DNA of 40,218 bases from Bacteroidales bacterium (lineage in GTDB: Bacteria > Bacteroidota > Bacteroidia > Bacteroidales > VadinHA17), in NCBI GenBank assembly GCA_025454775.1, contig JALONU010000001.1:1-40218 (forward strand). The letters run 5' to 3'. The position numbers were made by a program, and so were the translations under genes. How positions within the stretch are numbered: the stretch's first letter is position 1; every line of letters begins with the position of its first letter. Positions 34,652 through 40,218 of the stretch are shown one piece after another. Under the pieces are notes generated by a model. That model was not told the origin of the DNA. It was given only the letters and a program-made list of their open reading frames with translations, and made no database searches.

Positions 34652-36112
34652 ATGACAGAAAAAATTTCATTCAGGGAAAAGATCGGCTTCAGTCTGGGTG
34701 ACGCTGCGGCCAATTTCATCTTTCAGACCATTATGCTGCTGCAGCTCAGTTTCTACACCAACACCTTCGGAATAAGTGCAGCCGCTATTGCAATCCTGTT
34801 TCTTGTTGGCCGGCTCGTCGGAGCTTTTGCCGACCCTGTGATGGGTGTTCTGGCCGACCGCACAAACACACGCTGGGGCAAGTTCAGGCCATGGATACTC
34901 TGGACGGCAGTCCCGTTCGGGATTATCGGTTTCCTGGCTTTTTATACCCCCGATCTGGAACAAACCGGGAAGATAGTGTGGGCCTTCGTTACATACATCT
35001 TTCTGATGCTGGTTTACTCAGCCAACAATATCCCGTATGCAGCACTCGGGGGCGTCATAACCGGAGACCAGAAGCAAAGGAATAACCTTTTCTCGATCCG
35101 TTTCGTCTTTGTGGTGCTTGCTACCATAGCCATACAGGGATTTGCCATTCCGATGGTCAACCATTTCGGTGAAGGCGACAGTGCAAAGGGTTACATGATC
35201 ACCATGGGCATATTCTCGGCCCTTGCAATGATATTTTTTATACTCACATTCTCCTGGACCAGGGAAAGGGTTAAGCCGAGCCCGGAGCAGAAACAATCCC
35301 TTAAACAGGATATTTCTGACCTTCTTCATAACAGCCAGTGGGTAATCATGTTCCTTGTTTTCCTGATGATCTTCATCTTCCTGGCGATCAGGAACGGTAT
35401 GCTGCTGTTTTACTTTCAGTACTACCTTGACCCATCAGCTCTGGCCGGATTTATGAATAAACTCAACAGCAGCCTGGGCGGATTCCTGGCAGTTATAGGC
35501 CTTGCGGGTGAAAATGCTGTTGCTTCCGACAGCGTGTTTGGCATCACAAATATCTTCGGCCAGCTGGCTGCAATTCTGGGTATTGTGGTCTCGAATCTGC
35601 TGGTTAACCGTATGGGCAAGCGTAATGTGTTCGTTTTCGGGCTTGGACTGGCAGCATTCTTTGCAGCAATGTTCTACGTAGTCTCCCCATCAGCAATCCT
35701 GATGGTTCTCATACTCCAGATCCTGTTTAATTTCTCGTGGGGAATAACTATGCAGGTGCCATGGGCAATGATGGCTGATGTTGCAGATTTTTCAGAATGG
35801 AAATACCGCAGAAGATCCACAGGCATCGTATTCGCAGGAGTTGTAATAGGTCTTAAGGTGGGATTGGCAATAGGAGGTGCTATCAGCAGTCTCCTTCTGA
35901 AGTGGTACGGTTATGTGGCTCCGCCTGCAAAGGTATCATGGATTGACCAGACGCCGAAGGCAGTTGAGGGAATCCGCCTGTCAACCAGCATCTATCCTGC
36001 GCTGGCTGTAATAGCTGTGATAATCATATTGTTCTTCTATAAGATTTCCAAAAGCAGGGAGTTGCAGATGCAGAACGAACTGGCGGAAAGAAGGAAAACC
36101 TACACTAACTAA
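34652..36112 (+). CDS. MFS glycoside-pentoside-hexuronide (GPH):cation symporter family transporter
   Basis: 486 aa with about 12 TM helices. N-terminal signature EKIGFSLGDAAANFIFQ and DRTNTRWGKFRPW, typical of MelB/XylP/YicJ-type oligosaccharide symporters. Confidence 0.85.
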   Translation: MTEKISFREKIGFSLGDAAANFIFQTIMLLQLSFYTNTFGISAAAIAILFLVGRLVGAFADPVMGVLADRTNTRWGKFRPWILWTAVPFGIIGFLAFYTPDLEQTGKIVWAFVTYIFLMLVYSANNIPYAALGGVITGDQKQRNNLFSIRFVFVVLATIAIQGFAIPMVNHFGEGDSAKGYMITMGIFSALAMIFFILTFSWTRERVKPSPEQKQSLKQDISDLLHNSQWVIMFLVFLMIFIFLAIRNGMLLFYFQYYLDPSALAGFMNKLNSSLGGFLAVIGLAGENAVASDSVFGITNIFGQLAAILGIVVSNLLVNRMGKRNVFVFGLGLAAFFAAMFYVVSPSAILMVLILQILFNFSWGITMQVPWAMMADVADFSEWKYRRRSTGIVFAGVVIGLKVGLAIGGAISSLLLKWYGYVAPPAKVSWIDQTPKAVEGIRLSTSIYPALAVIAVIIILFFYKISKSRELQMQNELAERRKTYTN

Positions 36113-36130
36113 AATGATGTAACCGGTTAT

Positions 36131-36224
36131 TGGGTGCTGGATGCTGGGTGCTTGTTAACTAGACCCAGGACCCAGGACCCAGAACCCAGAACCCAGAACC
36201 CAGAACCCAGAACCCAGAACCCAG
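36131..36224. repeat. Inverted heptamer array: 3 x CTGG(G/A)TG-type words, a GTTAAC-centred spacer, then 9 tandem (G/A)ACCCAG heptamers
   Basis: TGGGTGCTGGATGCTGGGTGCT (36131..36152), then CTTGTTAACTA, then GACCCAG x3 plus AACCCAG x6 (36162..36224; 63 bp, exact 7-nt register). Ends 31 nt upstream of the GH3 ATG. Confidence 0.85.
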
Positions 36225-36255
36225 AAACATCTTAATAATATAAACCAGACTCATC

Positions 36256-38535
36256 ATGAAAAGCAAAAAAGCAAAAGGACTTCCATATAAAGATCCGAAA
36301 CTTCCGGTTTCGAAAAGAGTTAAAGATCTTCTTTCGAGGATGACGATTGAAGAAAAGGCGTGGCAGCTTATGGGCCTCTGGAACGGAGGTGTTGAGGATT
36401 TTGACGATAAATTTCTCAACGACCCTGAGAAAATGAAAGCGGCTTTCAGCAAGGGAGCTAACTCAGTCCACCCGGCCTTCTGGCATATCAGGGAAACGGT
36501 CGAACAGCGGAACAGGATCCAGAAATACTGTGTCGAGGAGACAAGGCTGGGAATACCTGTACTGTTTGTTGATGAAGGCCAGCATGGGATGATGAGATAT
36601 GACACGACAGGATTTCCGCAGGCTATAGGACTAGCGTGCTCATGGGATCCTGATCTTTTTGAGAAGGTATACGCAACGGTTGCAAGGGAGATGAGGTCGA
36701 GGGGCACACATCATGCTCTTACACCGGTTATCGATGTCTGTCGTGAACCGAGGTGGGGGAGGGTGGAAGAGACTTACGGAGAGGACCCCTGGCTTAACGG
36801 AACGCTGAGCTGTGCAGCAGTAAAAGGACTTCAGGGATCATCGGACGGAACAATCGCCCCTGATCATGTTGCTGCCACACTCAAGCACCTTGTCGGTCAT
36901 GGCCAGTCAGAAAGTGGTCAGAACACAGCGCCTGCAAACTACTCCCAGAGAGTCCTGCGCGATTATCATATGCCGCCGTTCAAAATGTGTATCGACAAGG
37001 TAAAGCCGGCAAGCGTGATGCCTTCATATAATGAAGTTGACGGCCTCCCGTCTCATTCCAATAAATGGCTCCTGAAGGATGTGCTGCGGAAATAATGGGG
37101 ATTCAAGGGCATGGTAGTCTCGGATTATTATGGAGTGGAACAGCTCTGTAATAAGCACTTCGTTGCAGAGGATATGAAAAAAGCGGCCGAGGTCGGATTT
37201 AACAGCGGAGTACAGTATGAGTTTCCGGCAGGCAACTGCTACAAGCTTCTGCCTGAGTTGGTCAGGGAAGGTAAGGTTGCACAGGCTGATGTTGACAAGG
37301 CGGTTTCGCAGGTGCTTGAACTTAAGTTCCGGCTTGGCCTCTTTGAAAATCCATATGTCGATCTCGGCAGGGCTTTAAGGATCAGCAAGGATAAGAATTC
37401 AAGGGCACTCGCTTTAAAAGCCGCACATGAATCTATTGTACTTCTGAAAAATGACGGCCTGCTGCCGCTTAAGAAGAATAAATATGGAAAGATAGCCGTG
37501 ATCGGTCCCTGTGCAAAAGATGTTTTCATGGGGGGCTATGCAGGTGAACCATATCAGAAAGTCAGCCTCTTTGACGGAATAAAAGAAAAAGCTGGCAGTA
37601 AGACGGAAGTAATATTTGCCCAGGGTGTCCGGCTTACGACCAATGCAACAATCCCGTTCTTTAACTGGAAGCTCGATGAAATCAAATTCCCATCGCCGGA
37701 AGAGAATATGAAGCTGATAAAGCAGGCTGTCGGCGTTGCTAAAAAAGCTGATATTGTCATATTGGCGGTTGGGGAAAATGAACATCTCTGCCGCGAGGCC
37801 TGGGCAAAAACCCATATCGGCGACAATATGACACTCGACCTTATCAGTCAGCAGGAGGAGCTGGTGAAAGCTGTGGTGGAAACCGGCAAACCTGTTGTTG
37901 TTTACCTTATGAACGGAAGACCTCTGTCGATTAACTATATTGAGAAGAACGTTCCTGCAATTATCGAAGGTTGGTATATGGGTCAGGAGACAGGAACAGC
38001 TGCTGCCGATATATTATTCGGAGACGTCAATCCGTCAGGCAAACTCACCATAACCTTCCCAAAATCGGTTGGACAGGTCCCTATGTTCTATAACTTCAAG
38101 CCGAGCGCCCAGATGAATGATTATATTTCAATGGACAACAAGCCATTGTATTATTTCGGCTTTGGGCTCAGCTATACCAGCTTCAGGTACTCAGATCTGC
38201 GGCTTGAAAAGGCAAAGATCAGATCCGGCGGGTCAGCGAAGGTGAAGGTTGATGTTACAAATACCGGCAAGATGGCTGGCGACGAGATTGTCCAGTTATA
38301 TATCCGCGACAAATTCAGTTCAGTCACACGTCCGGTGAAAGAGCTGAAAGGTTTTAAGCGAATAACCCTTAAGCCGAAGGAATCAAAGACAGTAACCTTC
38401 GAGATAGGTCCGGAACACTTGGCTTTTCATGATGTAAACATGAAGTTCACAGTGGAGCCCGGCGATTTCGAAATAATGGTCGGAAAGTCATCACGGGATG
38501 AGGACCTGCTGAAAGTTAATCTTTTAGTTAGCTGA
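36256..38535 (+). pseudogene. GH3 beta-glucosidase / beta-xylosidase-type hydrolase interrupted by an in-frame TAA at 37093..37095
   Basis: ORFs 36256..37095 and 37111..38535 are in the same frame. The junction reads LLKDVLRK-TAA-WGFKGMVVSDYYG, against the GH3 consensus LR.EWGF.G.VVSD, where the SD Asp is the nucleophile. A single GAA to TAA change explains it. No signal peptide, so the protein would be cytoplasmic. The C-terminal part carries the GH3 alpha/beta sandwich and an FnIII-like tail (VVVYLMNGRP, GYMGQETG, FGFGLSYT). Confidence 0.85.
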
Positions 38536-38559
38536 TTTATAAGTCGATAACTTTCTTTT

Positions 38560-38643
38560 AACCACGGAGTATTACGGAGTTAAACGGAGTTACACTGTCA
38601 AAGCAGTGTATACTCCGTGTAAACCCCGTGTCACTCTGTGGTT
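38560..38643. repeat. Word-array inverted repeat element E (ACGGAGT / ACTCCGT words, AACCAC...GTGGTT at the outer ends)
   Basis: AACCACGGAGTATTACGGAGTTAAACGGAGTTACACTG - TCAAAG - CAGTGTATACTCCGTGTAAACCCCGTGTCACTCTGTGGTT. Sits between the convergent GH3 and esterase genes, so it is a likely bidirectional terminator structure. Confidence 0.75.
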
Positions 38644-38668
38644 AGTCGGATTTACCCGTAAGAGTAGA

Positions 38669-39958
38669 CTATTCTTTCAGCTTTCCGGCAAGCCAGTTGT
38701 TAAGCATCTCAGATTGTTCCGGGAAAGTCCAGTGCCCCGTCTCCAGGAAGAGTCTAAGCTCCTTCGGTGCCGTTATTACATTGTATGCTGAATACATTGA
38801 GGTCGGCGGGCATGTAAGGTCGTTGAATCCCCATGTATAGAATCCCGGGACCTTTACTCTTTTTGCGAAATTAACTACATCATAATACTGGAGTGTTTCA
38901 ACTTCTCCTGGTTTTGGCGGGGTGTTTTTAAAGTAATGAGGCCAGCCGCCGGCCCTGTTGTTAAGATATCCGGTATGGTCACAGAGAGCCGGATACATCG
39001 CTGCAGCGTACTTTATTCTCTTGTCAAGTCCGGCTGTAACAATAGTGAGTGCTCCTCCCTGGCTGCCTCCGGTGACGGCAACATTGGTCCCGTCGAATTC
39101 CGGCAGCGTGAAGATAAAATCGACAGCTCTGACGCAGCCAACATATACTCTTTTATAATAATGTGAATTTTTATCATTCATCCTGATGGCATTGTAGCCT
39201 GCCAGGGCTCCTGCATTGAGGTTCGCGTAAACCTGCGCATCGAGGTTTACAGGGATCCCGTGGATACCGATCTCAAGCGTAATAAATCCCATTGAAGCCA
39301 GCCTTGTGTCTCCGGCATAAGGACGGATACCTGCGCCGGGAACTTTCAGGATAGCGGGGTATTTGCCGGGTCTTTTCGGAACAGCAAGGATCCCGTAGAT
39401 CCTCGATCCGAACGAGTTATTCTGGAACCTTATATGATAAACGTTGACATCGCTGGTGCATCTCTCAGGCATAAGTGTGATGATCGGATCGAGGCTGAGC
39501 TTGCGGGCTTCTGAAATTGCTTCATTCCAGAAAGCATCAAAGTCGGCCGGATCGGTAACTGTAGGTTTTATTTTTTCGGGTTCAAAGCCAGCTGTGGCAA
39601 GGCCTTCATAGCGGCGGCCGTCAACAACAGCCCAAACCCGTAGGCGGTAGAATCCCGGGACTTTCAATGTTCCCGACAGGTCCATTTTCCCGTTCTTAAG
39701 CACAACTCCTTCCTTCCTGATGTCCGGCAGGGCTTCCGGGCCGGCTTCATAATCGACGGTTACATTTTCGAGAAGGTTGCCGTACTGCATGACCTGTACG
39801 GCGAATTTGGCCGTTTCGTTAACTTTATACGTCCAGTCCCTATGGTCGGGTGAAACTATGACCTTAACAAGAGGGGTGCCTGCCTGTGCGGCTGCGGTGA
39901 CTGCGATTGCTGAAAGCACAATCGTCTGGATCAGCATCCTGAGAGTCTGCTTTATCAT
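38669..39958 (-). CDS. Acetyl xylan esterase (AXE1 / CE7-like alpha/beta hydrolase) with an N-terminal Ig-like domain
   Basis: 429 aa with a signal peptide (LSAIAVTAAAQA). Nucleophile elbow VAVTGGSQGGALT (GxSxG), then DHTGY...GWPHY and a late His (ETGHWTF). The only minus-strand gene in the window. Confidence 0.8.
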   Translation of the reverse strand: MIKQTLRMLIQTIVLSAIAVTAAAQAGTPLVKVIVSPDHRDWTYKVNETAKFAVQVMQYGNLLENVTVDYEAGPEALPDIRKEGVVLKNGKMDLSGTLKVPGFYRLRVWAVVDGRRYEGLATAGFEPEKIKPTVTDPADFDAFWNEAISEARKLSLDPIITLMPERCTSDVNVYHIRFQNNSFGSRIYGILAVPKRPGKYPAILKVPGAGIRPYAGDTRLASMGFITLEIGIHGIPVNLDAQVYANLNAGALAGYNAIRMNDKNSHYYKRVYVGCVRAVDFIFTLPEFDGTNVAVTGGSQGGALTIVTAGLDKRIKYAAAMYPALCDHTGYLNNRAGGWPHYFKNTPPKPGEVETLQYYDVVNFAKRVKVPGFYTWGFNDLTCPPTSMYSAYNVITAPKELRLFLETGHWTFPEQSEMLNNWLAGKLKE

Positions 39959-40059
39959 TTGCGTGTGTTTTGGTTTGTAACAAATTTAATTACTTTTTAA
40001 ACTTGCAAATAGCGGATGTCTCATTTGATTATTTATTTTTACTGCTCATTACCGCGAAA

Positions 40060-40218
40060 ATGCCTCAGGAAAACCATCTTCTCCAGAAACGCGTCAACCT
40101 GTTTGACGGGATTTCCATAGTTGCCGGCGCCATGATTGGCTCCGGCATTTTTATTGTAAGCGCCGACATCGCAAGAAGTGTCGGATCACCGGGCTGGCTG
40201 ATGGTCGTCTGGCTGATT
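40060..40218 (+). CDS. APC-superfamily amino acid permease, N-terminal 53 codons (3' end outside the window)
   Basis: The ATG at 40060 opens MPQENHLLQKRVNLFDGISIVAGAMIGSGIFIVSADIARSVGSPGWLMVVWLI. The G(A/S)(M/I)IGSGIF motif in TM1 is typical of APC permeases. The frame stays open to the window end. It is absent from the ORF track because it is under 60 aa. Confidence 0.6.
   Translation, partial: MPQENHLLQKRVNLFDGISIVAGAMIGSGIFIVSADIARSVGSPGWLMVVWLI

Noticed and set aside
36162-36224. A possible CRISPR array or coding repeat (the antisense ORF 36159..36707 ends ...GSGFWVLGSGFWVLGPGSWV).
   Set aside because: The units are 7 nt with no spacers, so it is not a CRISPR. The antisense ORF otherwise shadows the GH3 coding region and owes its tail to the repeat.
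37093-37095. TAA reassignment or programmed read-through as the explanation for the in-frame stop in GH3.
   Set aside because: Many genes in this window terminate normally on TAA (for example 6039..6041, 8688..8690 and 25876..25878). TAA is also the least leaky stop. A nonsense mutation or a base-call error is more parsimonious.
14577-38643. Autonomous mobile elements (IS or transposon) associated with the repeats.
   Set aside because: No transposase, integrase or recombinase ORF is present anywhere in the window. The repeats are 40-160 bp and non-coding, so at most they are non-autonomous (MITE/REP-like) elements.
39959-40059. A divergent promoter motif between the esterase and the permease.
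   Set aside because: The region is AT-rich, but I found no clean TAnnTTTG with a properly spaced TTTG on either strand, so I make no call.

Overview
This window is a Bacteroidota-style polysaccharide utilization locus (PUL). About 38.5 kb of it is co-directional on the + strand. Order of features: (1) a hybrid two-component regulator (HTCS), truncated at the 5' window edge; (2) a susC/susD-family pair plus a surface lipoprotein, closed by a clean hairpin terminator; (3) a tightly packed block of about 12 kb (8814..20756) that I cannot assign to any characterised system; (4) a debranching and esterase set that fits decorated xylan or xyloglucan-type side chains. The unassigned block contains a small DUF4369-like lipoprotein. 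It is followed by three tandem, strongly diverged copies of a two-gene module, and then by a chorismatase-like (FkbO/Hyg5-type) gene. Each module pairs a roughly 600-aa polytopic membrane protein carrying a C-terminal helical-repeat domain with a roughly 490-aa lipoprotein that has an invariant CxxCH motif and a TolB/PD40-like propeller. The debranching set comprises GH31 with a PA14 insert, a SASA-type esterase, a mutarotase, an ankyrin lipoprotein, an alginate-lyase-superfamily protein, a BNR_4-like propeller, an orphan secreted protein, a GH67 alpha-glucuronidase, a GPH symporter and a cytoplasmic GH3. The GH3 is interrupted by an in-frame TAA. A convergent AXE1-type esterase and the first 53 codons of an APC permease close the window. 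Seven of the spacers longer than about 60 bp carry a structured repeat, and there are two families: nested palindromic elements, and inverted arrays of 7-8 nt words. The susC leader, the 8691..8813 gap and the 27067..27131 gap do not carry one. No rRNA, tRNA, CRISPR array, transposase or integrase was seen. All family assignments come from motif recognition by eye, not from searches.
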